Assembly: GCA_963780545.1 (NCBI GenBank)
Contig: CAWACK010000008.1
Location: 135,988-199,987, forward strand
Direction of reading: 5' to 3'
Source: Candidatus Bathyarchaeota archaeon
Lineage (GTDB): Archaea > Thermoproteota > Bathyarchaeia > TCS64
DNA length: 64,000 nucleotides
Below, in pieces: positions 1-9,934 of this stretch; position 1 is the stretch's first letter, and every line of letters starts with the position of its first letter. The notes under the pieces were generated by a model that ran no database searches, was not told the DNA's origin, and saw only the letters and a list, made by a program, of their open reading frames with translations. Both the position numbers and the translations under genes were made by a program.

Positions 1-372
1 ATTCAAGATATCATCAATGCTGTAGGAAACTCCAAGATCTGCATATGCCTTGACACCTGTCATGCCTATGCTGCAGGCTATGATATTGCGAACGTTGAAG
101 GACTTAAGAAAACACTTAGAAATATCAGAAAAACGATCGGATTCGATCGACTTAAGCTAATCCATCTGAACGACTCCGCAAGCGAACTAGGATCCGGCAT
201 CGACCGCCACGAGCATATAGGTCTTGGCTGGATTAGGGAAGAAGGGTTCAGACTCATTCTGACTAGTAAACTTTGCAAAAGACCAATGATAATGGAAACT
301 CCCGTCGACGACCGAAGGAGCGATAGAGAAAATATGCGAAAAGTTATGGAGCTAGCTGGGTTAACTAGGTAA
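1..372 (+). CDS. nfo: Endonuclease IV (AP endonuclease, TIM-barrel), C-terminal part; 5' end outside window
   Basis: Frame-1 translation IQDIINAVGNSKICICLDTCHAYAAGYDI...LIHLNDSASELGSGIDRHEHIGLGWIREEGF matches the Nfo metal-binding motifs (CLDTCH, HLND, DRHE). Stop TAA at 370-372. Confidence 0.8.
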   Translation: MQDIINAVGNSKICICLDTCHAYAAGYDIANVEGLKKTLRNIRKTIGFDRLKLIHLNDSASELGSGIDRHEHIGLGWIREEGFRLILTSKLCKRPMIMETPVDDRRSDRENMRKVMELAGLTR

Positions 373-899
373 CTAACGTCATCTGATAAACTTCGGTCTC
401 CTTGCTACCTAATATAATTCGTAAGGCTGTAGATGCAAAGTCATTGAGTTCACGGTCGGATAAGTAAGGATAAAGTCTCCTTCCGACTCTGATTACGGGA
501 TCGATGGCCTCAATTCTTTCTCTTTTTCATAGCGGCCTCTTCCTTAGTGTTCTGTACGAGGCGCTCTACCATCGCTCGTCTATTAACAACCTGATTCATA
601 ATAAATCAGCTTGACAAATTAGATAATTTCTTAGTATATAAATATAACTCAGTTTATCAGAAATATATTTTGGTCAATATTTATTCTATCTAAAAAAGGG
701 TTTTTTATTGTATTTTATGAATGTATTAAATGACTTAATTGCCAATAATAGGCATAAAAAATGGCTTAATAATAACGTGAAATAACTCAGAGAACTAACG
801 CACGCATGTATATAATTATAATTTCGATTTAGACTTTTTAACATCATCCGATCAGGGATAATATTAAAATGCGAGATCCATGAGACTACAAATGTCTTT

Positions 900-977
900 G
901 CCCCGGTGGCTTAGCCTGGCCAAAGCGTTTGCTTGGTAAGCAAAAGATCGCGGGTCCAAATCCCGCCCGGGGCTCCA
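900..977 (+). tRNA. tRNA-Thr (anticodon GGU), CCA encoded, no intron
   Basis: Hand-folded cloverleaf. Acceptor GCCCCGG/CCGGGGC. D-stem GCTT/AAGC. Anticodon stem TTTGC/GCAAA with loop TTGGTAA (GGT at positions 34-36). T-stem GCGGG/CCCGC with loop TCCAAAT. Discriminator T followed by CCA. Confidence 0.85.
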
Positions 978-1189
978 CACTTTTAAAGTTTAATTTTTCC
1001 TAAAATTAGTCAGAGTTTTTTTTAATTATTCGCATATCTTCAAGAATCAATCTCTATAAAATGGCCCGATTAGTAGTGTTCGCTGCTTATCCTTAGTCGC
1101 GCGAACGAAGTTCCCTTCTTGGTTGGTAGTTCTGTAGGTTTACGGCCTTCATGCGTACGTGCGAACCTTCATCCACCTTTATTTCATTG

Positions 1190-1702
1190 CTACGCCACGA
1201 TGATGTTTATTCCGACTGGGGCGTTAATAGTCGTCACACCCGTGTCAATCAGGAATGTCACCGTCTGCCCAGCTGTGATCGTGGCAGGGGTTGTGAAGGT
1301 CATCGAGCCGAGCGTTGAATAACCTGAGCCCTGATTCCAGGTGACCGTGTACGTGTAAGTTGTACTGGGAGAAGCCGCTGCTTCGATTGTCATGGTGACC
1401 GAGTATAGCCAGTGACCAGCTGTGAGGGCCGTTTGGCACGTGCCACCATCCACCCAAGTATATGGTGTACTCGTGGCTGATCCACTACTCTGCACGACGT
1501 TGAACCCGTTACTTACCGCCGTAAAGCCCCCCACAACGTTGTAATAGACACCGCTCTGTGTCTGATATGTTGTTTGAGTAACATTAACAGATGCTGCGTA
1601 ACCTCCAATCGATATGAGTGAGATCGCTAGTATTGGAAGCAGTATTTTCCAAGATAGCTTGTTTCTTATCACACGCATACGCGAGTTTTTTTTTGGCTCC
1701 AT
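1190..1702 (-). CDS. Hypothetical secreted or membrane-anchored Thr/Ser-rich protein
   Basis: 170-aa ORF with an N-terminal basic stretch plus a hydrophobic helix (KILLPILAISLISIGGYAA), then T/S/G/Y/V-rich low-complexity sequence. Confidence 0.45.
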   Translation of the reverse strand: MEPKKNSRMRVIRNKLSWKILLPILAISLISIGGYAASVNVTQTTYQTQSGVYYNVVGGFTAVSNGFNVVQSSGSATSTPYTWVDGGTCQTALTAGHWLYSVTMTIEAAASPSTTYTYTVTWNQGSGYSTLGSMTFTTPATITAGQTVTFLIDTGVTTINAPVGINIIVA

Positions 1703-1839
1703 CTTACATTCGAAGACACTAGTATTCTTTACATATAAAGAAAAGGGAAGGTTAATCTATATTTGCTATCTTTATTCTCGAATTCGTTTAGAGGCTTCAC
1801 TCAAACCTAAATAGCTCAAACACATCCATCGATAGTAAC

Positions 1840-2529
1840 TTGAATGGTATCAAAATAAAGGGCGTCATCTTCGACTTGGATGCGACCCTCGTTAACCTCG
1901 GGGAACATGTCAGATGGAAAGACGCCAAACGCGAAGTTATTGAGATGTATCTGGCTTGCGGCTGCAGTGAAGATTTACTAAAGGAGAATGATTCAAAAGG
2001 CCTTTTCAATCTGATACACGAGATAAGCACCTTATTCACTAGCTCCAAATCGTCAGAGGAGGTTAAATCTATCCAGGATAAAGTCTGGCATATACTTGAC
2101 AACTACGAACTTGAAGGAACTGGAAAATGTGGTTTAATGCCGGGGACACTCGAGGTTCTTGAATGGCTTAAAGCCAATAATTTCCGTACGGGAATATGCA
2201 CTTCAAACTCCACTGAAGTGGCGAGAATAGTGCTAAACAAGCTCGATGTCGCGCCATACTTCTCGTCAGTAATAGGCCGAACACCGAGTCTAAGAATGAA
2301 ACCCCACCCAGACCAAATCCTCGCCTGCTTTAGAGAATTGGAGGTGAATCCGAAGAATGGTATAGTTGTAGGAGATAGCCACAACGATATACTGGCTGGA
2401 AAAACCGCTGGAGCCAGAACGATAGCCATCCCCGTTTACTTTACGAGGAAAAAGGAGATGGAAGCAGCAAAACCCAGCTTCGTGATCAATTCGATATCGG
2501 AACTCCCTAAAGTTACTCTTTTTACTTAA
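1840..2529 (+). CDS. HAD-superfamily hydrolase (phosphoglycolate phosphatase-like)
   Basis: N-terminal motif I VIFDLDATLV. Motif III/IV VGDSHNDILAGKTAG near the C-terminus. TTG start. Confidence 0.75.
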   Translation: MNGIKIKGVIFDLDATLVNLGEHVRWKDAKREVIEMYLACGCSEDLLKENDSKGLFNLIHEISTLFTSSKSSEEVKSIQDKVWHILDNYELEGTGKCGLMPGTLEVLEWLKANNFRTGICTSNSTEVARIVLNKLDVAPYFSSVIGRTPSLRMKPHPDQILACFRELEVNPKNGIVVGDSHNDILAGKTAGARTIAIPVYFTRKKEMEAAKPSFVINSISELPKVTLFT

Positions 2530-2574
2530 TGAATCCGAGGAAGCACCTGTGCGCGCACGAACCGTCAGATCCTA

Positions 2575-2600
2575 AATTATTTTTTCAAAAAGTCTTTTCA
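2575..2600. terminator. T-rich tract between convergent genes (candidate archaeal terminator)
   Basis: attattttttcaaaaagtcttttc lies between the HAD stop and the convergent protease stop. Confidence 0.2.
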
Positions 2601-2633
2601 ATGTTGAGCTTTTAGAACATTACATAAGAATTG

Positions 2634-3318
2634 CTAAACTCGGACCCCATTGTTGTTTGCAAACTCGCTAATTCTCATCGATGGAACCCAGTTAGAGATA
2701 GCTAAGCGCGTAGCATCCCTCTGTTCCTCATTTTTCTGGATTCTCACGCTGTTATGCATCCCCCAAACATTGCCGTTCTCTATGAACCCTGGGCAACCGC
2801 TCGATCCATTGTACATGAGGGAATCTGTCTCATATAATTCAACATCATTTGCATTTCCCTGAACGGGTATGTATGAAGAAATGTAAGCGGATTGGAAACG
2901 TAGAGTCAGATTGAATACTAATCGCTTTTTCTGTTGAACGACTCCAGAGAGAGGAAACCCCAGGGAACCCACAGGCGTCCCGCGGGGAGATCAAGTTAGG
3001 TTCGAGGTCGACGCAGGATTCGTTCCTTGATTCATCGATCCGAAGAAGTGCGATATCCCTATTTGGGTTCTCAGCTAGGAGGGTCACCTTCTCAGCTTTT
3101 ATGCCAATATCGGGGGCCCTGACAACCATAAACTCCTTATGAACCGGGTTTTTAATGTCTCCTTTTTGATGGATTACATGTGAGCACGTAACAATTATTC
3201 CTGGGTAGATCATGAAGCCGGTTCCTGTGCTATGATCGCTGCTTGAACTGTTGATCTTCGAACGGGCCCATATTCCATATACCGATTGTTGTATATTTTT
3301 GGTTGCAGCGACGAACAT
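2634..3318 (-). pseudogene. Trypsin-like (S1/HtrA-type) serine protease, split by a 1-nt frameshift
   Basis: Two overlapping minus-strand ORFs (2845-3318 and 2634-2972). The upstream ORF carries His (TGFMIYPGIIVTCSHV) and Asp (DIALLRI) motifs. The downstream ORF carries GTPVGSLGFPLSG and the Ser motif GSSGCPGF. The frame change lies at the ctccccgcggg run around 2975-2995. Confidence 0.6.
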
Positions 3319-3447
3319 ATTACCATCCTCATATTCGAATTATATACGTATGATCAGCCAAGCGATAACAATAGAAATCGTTTAATTGCTGAAATGACTC
3401 ATATGAAGCGATAAACAGATTTTTACATTAGATTCTAAGCTAATTGA

Positions 3448-5076
3448 CTTGAATTAGAGGGACTGACTATATCCGACACCGAACATAGCATCATTGGTAA
3501 AGGCACTTGGTACGACAAAGCTGCCTCAGAACTAATAGAACGTGAGAAAAGGCTAGGAAGGAGCCTCAAACTCATAAGGACCGAGAGTGGACTAGGCGCC
3601 TCCGGTTTTCCCCATATAGGAAGTCTAGGTGATGCTCTTCGCAACTTCGCAGTCGCTCTCGGATGTAGAGTTCAAGGTTACGACGCGGAGCTCATAGCCT
3701 TTAGCGACGACAAGGACGGTCTCAGGAAGATCCCTGCAGGACTCCCTAAAGAACTGGAAAAGTGGCTCGGTTACTCCGTAAGTATGATACCTGACCCCGC
3801 TGGTCAATGTCACTTGAGCTTTGGAGCCCACATGACAAGCCAGCTCCTCACTGCCTTAGACATAGCCGGCGCCGACTACCACTTCATGAGTGGCTTTGAA
3901 TGTTACAAGAATGGCATCCTCGATGACGAGATCCTAACCATCATGAATGATCACGAAAAGGTTGGAAAGATTATCGAAAACGAGATTGGGCAAGAGAAAT
4001 ACATGGAGGAACTCCCCTATTTCGTCGTTTGCGAAAAATGCGGTCGCATCTACACGACACACGCCACCACCTACCACCCCAAGACACACACTATCGAATA
4101 TGAGTGCAAAGGAATGGAGGTCCAGGGTAACTGGCTTGAAGGTTGTGGACACAAGGGCGAAGTCGACGTACTTTCGGGCAACGGCAAGTTAAGCTGGAAG
4201 GTCGAATTCGCCGCACGATGGAAAGCACTCGACATAAGATTCGAGGCCTATGGCAAGGATATCGCGGATAGCGTTCGTGTCAACGATAGGATCTGCCGTG
4301 AGATCCTCTGTTGGGAGCCGCCCATGCACGTCCAATATGAAATGTTCACTGACCGCAGTGGCAAGAAAATCAGTAAGAGTGCCGGCAACGTCTTCACCCC
4401 CCAGGTCTGGTACCGCTACGGTTCACCACAATCGTTGAACCTGTTGATTTTCAAACGCTTCGTCGGTACAAAAAGCGGATCTGTCGAAGACATCAAGACT
4501 CACATGGACGAATTAGACGACCTAGAGGATATTTTCTTCGAAAAGGTGAAACCAAGAGATATTATGGAGAAGGCTCAGCTTTCCGGTCTCTACGAATACT
4601 GCTGGATGCTAAAGGTGCCAAAGGAAACTGAAGTGCACATTCCCTATAATCTAGTGCTTAAACTTGCTCGCCTCGCTCCGAAAGGTTCAGAGAAAGCGTT
4701 CATCAAGATGAAGCTAGGTGAGTATGGTTATCTTGACAAGACTACAAACGGGCTCGATAAGAGGATCGAGTATGCACTAAACTGGGTCGAGGACTTCGTT
4801 GTAGAATCACCAGAGATCAAAATGACTGAACAGGAGACTGATATAGTCAAAGCTGTCTTAGTGGAACTGAGGAAGGCCAATAACCTCGACGAGTATCAGA
4901 GCATTGCCTTCAACGCAGCAAAGAAAAATGACTGGAAACCTCGTGATGTCTTCCCAATCATATATAGAGTGCTCCTTGGAAAGGGTCAGGGACCTAGACT
5001 AGGGCCGTATATTGCCTTAATCGGAAAGGAAAATGTTATCTCTGAGCTGGAGAACGCAGTCAAAAATAATGACTAG
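3448..5076 (+). CDS. lysK: Lysyl-tRNA synthetase, class I (archaeal type)
   Basis: Continuous frame-1 ORF with GKGTWYDKAA...SGLGASGFPHIGSLGDALRNF (HIGH-type motif) and CEKCGRIY, ending in a C-terminal alpha-helical domain. No ATG/GTG/TTG lies between the upstream in-frame TGA (3445) and the conserved N-terminus, so the start is uncertain. Confidence 0.8.
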   Translation, partial: LELEGLTISDTEHSIIGKGTWYDKAASELIEREKRLGRSLKLIRTESGLGASGFPHIGSLGDALRNFAVALGCRVQGYDAELIAFSDDKDGLRKIPAGLPKELEKWLGYSVSMIPDPAGQCHLSFGAHMTSQLLTALDIAGADYHFMSGFECYKNGILDDEILTIMNDHEKVGKIIENEIGQEKYMEELPYFVVCEKCGRIYTTHATTYHPKTHTIEYECKGMEVQGNWLEGCGHKGEVDVLSGNGKLSWKVEFAARWKALDIRFEAYGKDIADSVRVNDRICREILCWEPPMHVQYEMFTDRSGKKISKSAGNVFTPQVWYRYGSPQSLNLLIFKRFVGTKSGSVEDIKTHMDELDDLEDIFFEKVKPRDIMEKAQLSGLYEYCWMLKVPKETEVHIPYNLVLKLARLAPKGSEKAFIKMKLGEYGYLDKTTNGLDKRIEYALNWVEDFVVESPEIKMTEQETDIVKAVLVELRKANNLDEYQSIAFNAAKKNDWKPRDVFPIIYRVLLGKGQGPRLGPYIALIGKENVISELENAVKNND

Positions 5077-5082
5077 TAATGG

Positions 5083-5265
5083 CTAATTGCTGTAGGGCTT
5101 TCCCGCGTTACCCCAGTTATACTTCTCTATGTCATAAAAAACAACGCTTACAGCCTCGGGTTTGCAACCCACAGCCTCACACATCGCCTTCGTTAAGAGT
5201 TCCATCGTCTTGGCCTTTGTGGCCTTGTCTCTACCAGCGTACCATTTGACTTCTATCCACGGCAT
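5083..5265 (-). CDS. 4-oxalocrotonate tautomerase family protein
   Basis: 60 aa, begins MPWIEVKWYAGR. N-terminal Pro1 and the length are typical of the tautomerase superfamily. Confidence 0.7.
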   Translation of the reverse strand: MPWIEVKWYAGRDKATKAKTMELLTKAMCEAVGCKPEAVSVVFYDIEKYNWGNAGKPYSN

Positions 5266-5466
5266 TAATTTTCACCGTAAATACAATTGTCTCATCTTCC
5301 GTTATGAAGGTTGCGAGCGGCGGGCTCCAAACTCAAGATCCTCATCACCTGTTCAGAAGGGCAAAGTTATCATCGCCCGCCTGAAATAGCGGAGACGCTT
5401 GAGACGATAAATGTTTGCGCGTTGTGAGCTGGAAGGTTTTTATTTAATTCTATTAATTCTTCAACC

Positions 5467-5964
5467 ATGAATCGTCCGGATAAAGACAAGTACTTCTTAG
5501 ACATCGCCCTTAGCGTTTCAGAGAGATCTACTTGCACACGGCGCAAATTTGGTGCAGTAATCGTCAAGGACAGCACTATTGTGGGTACGGGCTATAATGG
5601 AACTGCAAGAGGAGTCGTTAACTGCTACGAAGTTGGCTGCATAAAGGATAAGATGGAGTCACCACAGGGGGCAGCATATGATTATTGCCCTGCAGTCCAC
5701 GCCGAGGAGAACGCAATTATTAACAGTAATAGGCCTGACAGGATAGGCGCCACTCTCTACATAGCAGGTAAGGATAATGACGGGAAATTGACCTTAGCCG
5801 TGCCATGCCAGCGTTGTCGCAGGAAGATCATGAACAGTCAGATCAAAGAAGTTATAATACTAAGTAGCGATGGGAATCCAATACATTATGACGTCTCGAA
5901 ATATGCTCAAGGGGATAGCGAATGGTATACGGATGCCCTGAAAAAGTCGAAGAAACAAATTTAG
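5467..5964 (+). CDS. dCMP/cytidine deaminase family (ComEB-like deoxycytidylate deaminase)
   Basis: Zinc-binding motifs HAEENAI and PCQRCRRKI. Length is 165 aa. Confidence 0.8.
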   Translation: MNRPDKDKYFLDIALSVSERSTCTRRKFGAVIVKDSTIVGTGYNGTARGVVNCYEVGCIKDKMESPQGAAYDYCPAVHAEENAIINSNRPDRIGATLYIAGKDNDGKLTLAVPCQRCRRKIMNSQIKEVIILSSDGNPIHYDVSKYAQGDSEWYTDALKKSKKQI

Positions 5965-6032
5965 TGTGTTTTAAAGATAACTTAGTTAAACTTATAAAGC
6001 AAGCCACTAAACGCAGAACCGGAGGCTGATAT

Positions 6033-6170
6033 ATGAGTCAGGAGAAAAAGATCAATGACCTCGAGGTAGAAGTAGCAGGTCTAATCGACAAAATTGATGG
6101 AATCGAAGAGAAGCTCGAGGAGATAATGGAGCGCCTCAGCGAGATAGAGGAAAAACTCGAGGAACTCTAA
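6033..6170 (+). CDS. Small (45 aa) acidic coiled-coil protein (not in the ORF track)
   Basis: ATG preceded by GGAGG 7 nt upstream. Heptad-like MSQEKKINDLEVEVAGLIDKIDGIEEKLEEIMERLSEIEEKLEEL. Lies in an otherwise empty 400-bp gap. Confidence 0.4.
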   Translation: MSQEKKINDLEVEVAGLIDKIDGIEEKLEEIMERLSEIEEKLEEL

Positions 6171-6423
6171 CCCCCTCACAAATTTAAAAAAACCAATTCG
6201 TTTGTTGCAAACGTAAAGAGATAGTTCTTATAGATTGCGTAAATTTGTCGTTGCTTTTTTTGAACATACATCTAGGTTAATTTTGGAACGAAACTCCAAG
6301 AACTTCTTAATCCACGAGAAAAATTGATTCTAATATTTTTGCGAACTGTAACTATATCTTCATGACTTCCTCACGTACAAAGATAAAGCCAAACACAGAC
6401 GACAAAGCACAGATCGTCAAGAA

Positions 6424-7521
6424 CTACCACCCCCAAGAATAAGAGCCTGTCACGTCGATTATAAGGCCAAATAGGGGCGAACCTATAATATTCCCTATAA
6501 GCCCGATCATATTGGAGTAGCCAACAGCTAATCCTGCGTTCTCCCTCCCAGCGAACTCCGAGACGAGCACGAAGTTCAGCCCACCCCACCCAAGGGCTGA
6601 GAATCCGAACAGGGCGAATATTACCGAGAGCACTACATAGGGAGTGCTCGAGGTTATGTATTGCATTAATATTGAAAAGACAAAAGACATCAATCCTGCG
6701 AGCAGTAAAGGCTTCTTTCTGCTCCCACCGAAGAGTCGATCGCTCATGGCCCCGAGTAAGGGTTTCCCGATTGCTCCACCCGAGTTCACAATCGCGAGGA
6801 AGCCCCCAGCGAGAGTCACGGAGATGCCAACGAACTCTTTTAAGTATATGATTAGGTAGGTTGTCATGGCGAACTGCACGATCATAAGCCCGATGCATGA
6901 TAGGCTGATGAGGAAGATGTTTCCTGCGCGCGCGGCATTCTTGTTCGATCTTGACATCGGCTTCGAAGGCGCAACGTCAATTAACGTATTTGGAGCGTCC
7001 TTATAGAGGGTGTACGCTATCACCGCGATGATGATTGTAACTATACCTATGTCAACAAAACCGGTGCGCCACCCATAGAATATTGCGACTGTTGGGAGGG
7101 TTGCAGCCGTAATTATACCTCCTACGTTCACGGCAGTCTGGTTGATCCCGATGGTTGTCCCTCGCTCCTTGATAGGGAACCATGTCAGAAGGGCCTTCGT
7201 TGAGACGGTGGGGAAGGCGCCGCATCCAAAGCCTGCCACGATGAGGAGGACGAGTGCCGTAGGATAGTTGGTCACGAAGTACATTCCTAGAACGAGTGCT
7301 CCTGCGAAGGATGTTCCAAGCAAGATCATCTTCCTAACACCAAGATCGTCAACGAGCCATCCAGCTGGTATCTGCGCCACAGTGTAGCCTACTGCCACCG
7401 CTGAGACGAGAATACCTATGTCAAATCTTGAGAGATTCAGATCAGTTGCTATGAAGGTCGAGAGGGGAGGCACCGCGTTTCTGATTAGGTGGACGCTCAT
7501 ATAGGTGAGCCATGTCACCAT
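6424..7521 (-). CDS. MFS transporter
   Basis: 365 aa with multiple hydrophobic helices and MFS-like loop motifs (GWLVDDLGVRK, LLGAMSDRLFGGSRK). Confidence 0.8.
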   Translation of the reverse strand: MVTWLTYMSVHLIRNAVPPLSTFIATDLNLSRFDIGILVSAVAVGYTVAQIPAGWLVDDLGVRKMILLGTSFAGALVLGMYFVTNYPTALVLLIVAGFGCGAFPTVSTKALLTWFPIKERGTTIGINQTAVNVGGIITAATLPTVAIFYGWRTGFVDIGIVTIIIAVIAYTLYKDAPNTLIDVAPSKPMSRSNKNAARAGNIFLISLSCIGLMIVQFAMTTYLIIYLKEFVGISVTLAGGFLAIVNSGGAIGKPLLGAMSDRLFGGSRKKPLLLAGLMSFVFSILMQYITSSTPYVVLSVIFALFGFSALGWGGLNFVLVSEFAGRENAGLAVGYSNMIGLIGNIIGSPLFGLIIDVTGSYSWGW

Positions 7522-7895
7522 TAGGACAACCTACCGGTAGCGCTTGACGTCCGCGTAAATGGCAGCCAATCTGGGTCTTCTATCAACTTTCCTAATATTA
7601 TATAACTTTAATTGGTCATATTGAGTACTTCGTTTAAAGTAGACAGATTACTATCAACCAAAGCAACCAAATATTGTACTTGATATTCCTTTAAGAAGAG
7701 GTTAGACCTTAAGCGACGACAATATAAATATGCAATCAAACCAGAAGATTTTGGTAATAAGTAAAAGTAGATTAGAGTTCGTGGCTGCTCATAAAAATAC
7801 AGGCAAAACGTACAGTTAAAACAAATCTAATCTAAGAAGGCTCTAAGCTTATGGATGCTTTTTAAGACAGGCCTAACAACACCAGTACGCAACCG

Positions 7896-9149
7896 ATGCC
7901 CGAAGAAGTTAGACCTAAAGAGATCTTGAAAGGACGAGCAATAATCTGCATGCTCAAAACCAATGTTCATGATCATAAAATATACCGTGTCAGACTCGAT
8001 GAACTAAAGAACCTTGTCGAAGCTCTTGGAATAGAGGTCTTTGGCGAGATCGTCCAGACCCGATATAGACCCTTTGAACGTTATTGCATAGGTAAGGGAA
8101 AGGTGGAAGAGATCAAGAAACAAGCGGAGAAACACGACATTCAGCTAGTCGTCTTCTACAACTTACTAAAGAGCAGCCAGAAACTAGCTCTCATCAAGGG
8201 CACTGGATGCGATGTTATTGACAGATACGAACTAACTCTCGAAATTTTCGACCAAATGGCTTCCGATAACCTAAGCAAACTTCAGATAGAATCCGCGAGA
8301 CTCGAAAAATTGGCGCCTTTCTATAAACTCGCTGCCAACGTCCACTTTACTCATGACCGTCCATTCTTTCACAGCGGTGGTGAGTATGGTTTCCGTGGTC
8401 AACTCCGAGAGATATCACGCCGCCAAGCCGACATCAGGGAAGATATAGAGTCGATGATGATTGAGAAGAGAAGACAAATCGACAACAGACAAAAACTTGG
8501 CTATCCGACAATATGCATCGCTGGATTCTACAACGCAGGCAAGACAAGCCTGTTCAACGCACTAACAGGGGAGCATAAGCCAGTAAGTGACCGTCCTTTC
8601 ACGACACTTAGTAGCAAATATCAAAAGAGGTACATCGACTCAAATACAACTGTTCTCTTTATAGACACAATCGGCTTTGTTCTTGATCTTGACCACCGTC
8701 TCATTAAGAGTTTTCAACTCAATTTTGAGGACATTCGTAGCGCTGATGTAGTCATACTTCTTTTCGAAATAACTGATCCATCCCTCACACTGAAGCTCAA
8801 GCTTGATGAGGGTATTAGTCTACTTCGAGATATCGGTGTTCCAATGGAGCGTTTAATTTTAGTCTTCAATAAGATCGACAAATCTCCAGAATCGCCTGCT
8901 ATTGTTGAAAAAGAGCTCAACTTAAGTCACTACGATATCCCTTGGATATCAGTATCCGCCAAACAACGCAACAATCTAAATGACTTACTCGATCTCATCG
9001 CATGGAAGATCAAGGAACTCAAGGAGAAGCCGTTCACTCACGATGAGTCCTTTAGGATACCTCAACCCATCGATGAAGCGATCAAATCAGAGGAGGTCGA
9101 AGAAGACTCTGACATCGAAGACGACGAAGAAGACGAAGATGAAAGCTAA
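7896..9149 (+). CDS. hflX: GTPase HflX with acidic C-terminal tail
   Basis: HflX N-domain plus G-domain (G1 GFYNAGKTSLFNALTG, DTIGF, NKID). The tail is SEEVEEDSDIEDDEEDEDES. Confidence 0.8.
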   Translation: MPEEVRPKEILKGRAIICMLKTNVHDHKIYRVRLDELKNLVEALGIEVFGEIVQTRYRPFERYCIGKGKVEEIKKQAEKHDIQLVVFYNLLKSSQKLALIKGTGCDVIDRYELTLEIFDQMASDNLSKLQIESARLEKLAPFYKLAANVHFTHDRPFFHSGGEYGFRGQLREISRRQADIREDIESMMIEKRRQIDNRQKLGYPTICIAGFYNAGKTSLFNALTGEHKPVSDRPFTTLSSKYQKRYIDSNTTVLFIDTIGFVLDLDHRLIKSFQLNFEDIRSADVVILLFEITDPSLTLKLKLDEGISLLRDIGVPMERLILVFNKIDKSPESPAIVEKELNLSHYDIPWISVSAKQRNNLNDLLDLIAWKIKELKEKPFTHDESFRIPQPIDEAIKSEEVEEDSDIEDDEEDEDES

Positions 9150-9852
9150 AGAGGTACTCAGAAGGATCCTTTCTATTTCAAAAAGTCGTTGGGATCCAAA
9201 CAGGGGAGACACATTCAAATCACTAATAAGGACTGTACTCAGCCAAAACACCAAATGGAAAAACGAAGAAATGGCCTATAGACGCCTCGAACAGATGGTC
9301 GGCATTACTCCACAGCAACTATCTAAGGCCAGTTTAGAAGAAATAGCTGATGCCATAAGACCTGCCGGCATGTATAACCAACGAAGCCGAATCTTGAAAC
9401 AGATCTCTACTCAAATTATAGAGCTCTACAACGGAGACATCACCCAGATTGTCACTAAATCATATCTAGAAGCCAGATCAGAACTGATGACCCTACCAGG
9501 TGTCGGTAAAAAAACTGCAGACGTTGTCTTACTCTTCAGCGCTGGTAAGGAGATTCTGCCTGTTGACCGTCACATCACAAGAATATCAAAGCGACTCGAA
9601 CTAGTACTCAAGAACGCGGATTATGACGAAATACGTCTAACCCTCGAGGCAGCAGTAGAACCTAGCAGCTATCTAGAAGCACACATTTCCCTAATTCAGT
9701 TCGGTAGAGATACATGCAGGGCACTCAACCCAAAGTGTCATGTATGTATACTTAGAGACCTATGCCCATATCCCGAAATAAAGGTGAAAAATAAGCTTCA
9801 TTCACCCAAACAAGCAGTTCCTGAAAGAAAGAAGCGAAAACAAGCTGAATAA
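9139..9852 (+). CDS. nth: Endonuclease III (HhH-GPD DNA glycosylase with 4Fe-4S cluster)
   Basis: ATG at 9139 overlaps the hflX stop. HhH motif LPGVGKKTADVV. Catalytic Asp in VDRH. C-terminal CX6CX2CX5C (CRALNPKCHVCILRDLC). Confidence 0.8.
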   Translation: MKAKEVLRRILSISKSRWDPNRGDTFKSLIRTVLSQNTKWKNEEMAYRRLEQMVGITPQQLSKASLEEIADAIRPAGMYNQRSRILKQISTQIIELYNGDITQIVTKSYLEARSELMTLPGVGKKTADVVLLFSAGKEILPVDRHITRISKRLELVLKNADYDEIRLTLEAAVEPSSYLEAHISLIQFGRDTCRALNPKCHVCILRDLCPYPEIKVKNKLHSPKQAVPERKKRKQAE

Positions 9853-9854
9853 GG

Positions 9855-9929
9855 AATTATAAAACAATATACGAATCATTTAAATGTAAGACTCGCAGAT
9901 TCACTACAGCTAATAAAAATTAGGAGAGG
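9855..9929 (+). promoter_or_regulatory. Candidate promoter (TATA-like tttaaat at 9879-9885; ataaaa at 9858-9863) and Shine-Dalgarno ggagagg (9923-9929) for the r-protein operon
   Basis: AT-rich elements about 50 nt upstream of the uL3 ATG. The SD lies 6 nt before the ATG. Confidence 0.25.
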
Positions 9930-9934
9930 CAACG

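Noticed and set aside
376-600. ~55-codon minus-strand open frame after nfo.
   Set aside because: No ATG/GTG/TTG start and no recognisable motif. Probably non-coding 3' region.
6371-6898. 175-aa minus-strand ORF overlapping the MFS transporter.
   Set aside because: Out-of-frame overlap with a well-supported transporter ORF. Arg/Trp-rich composition typical of a GC-rich shadow frame.
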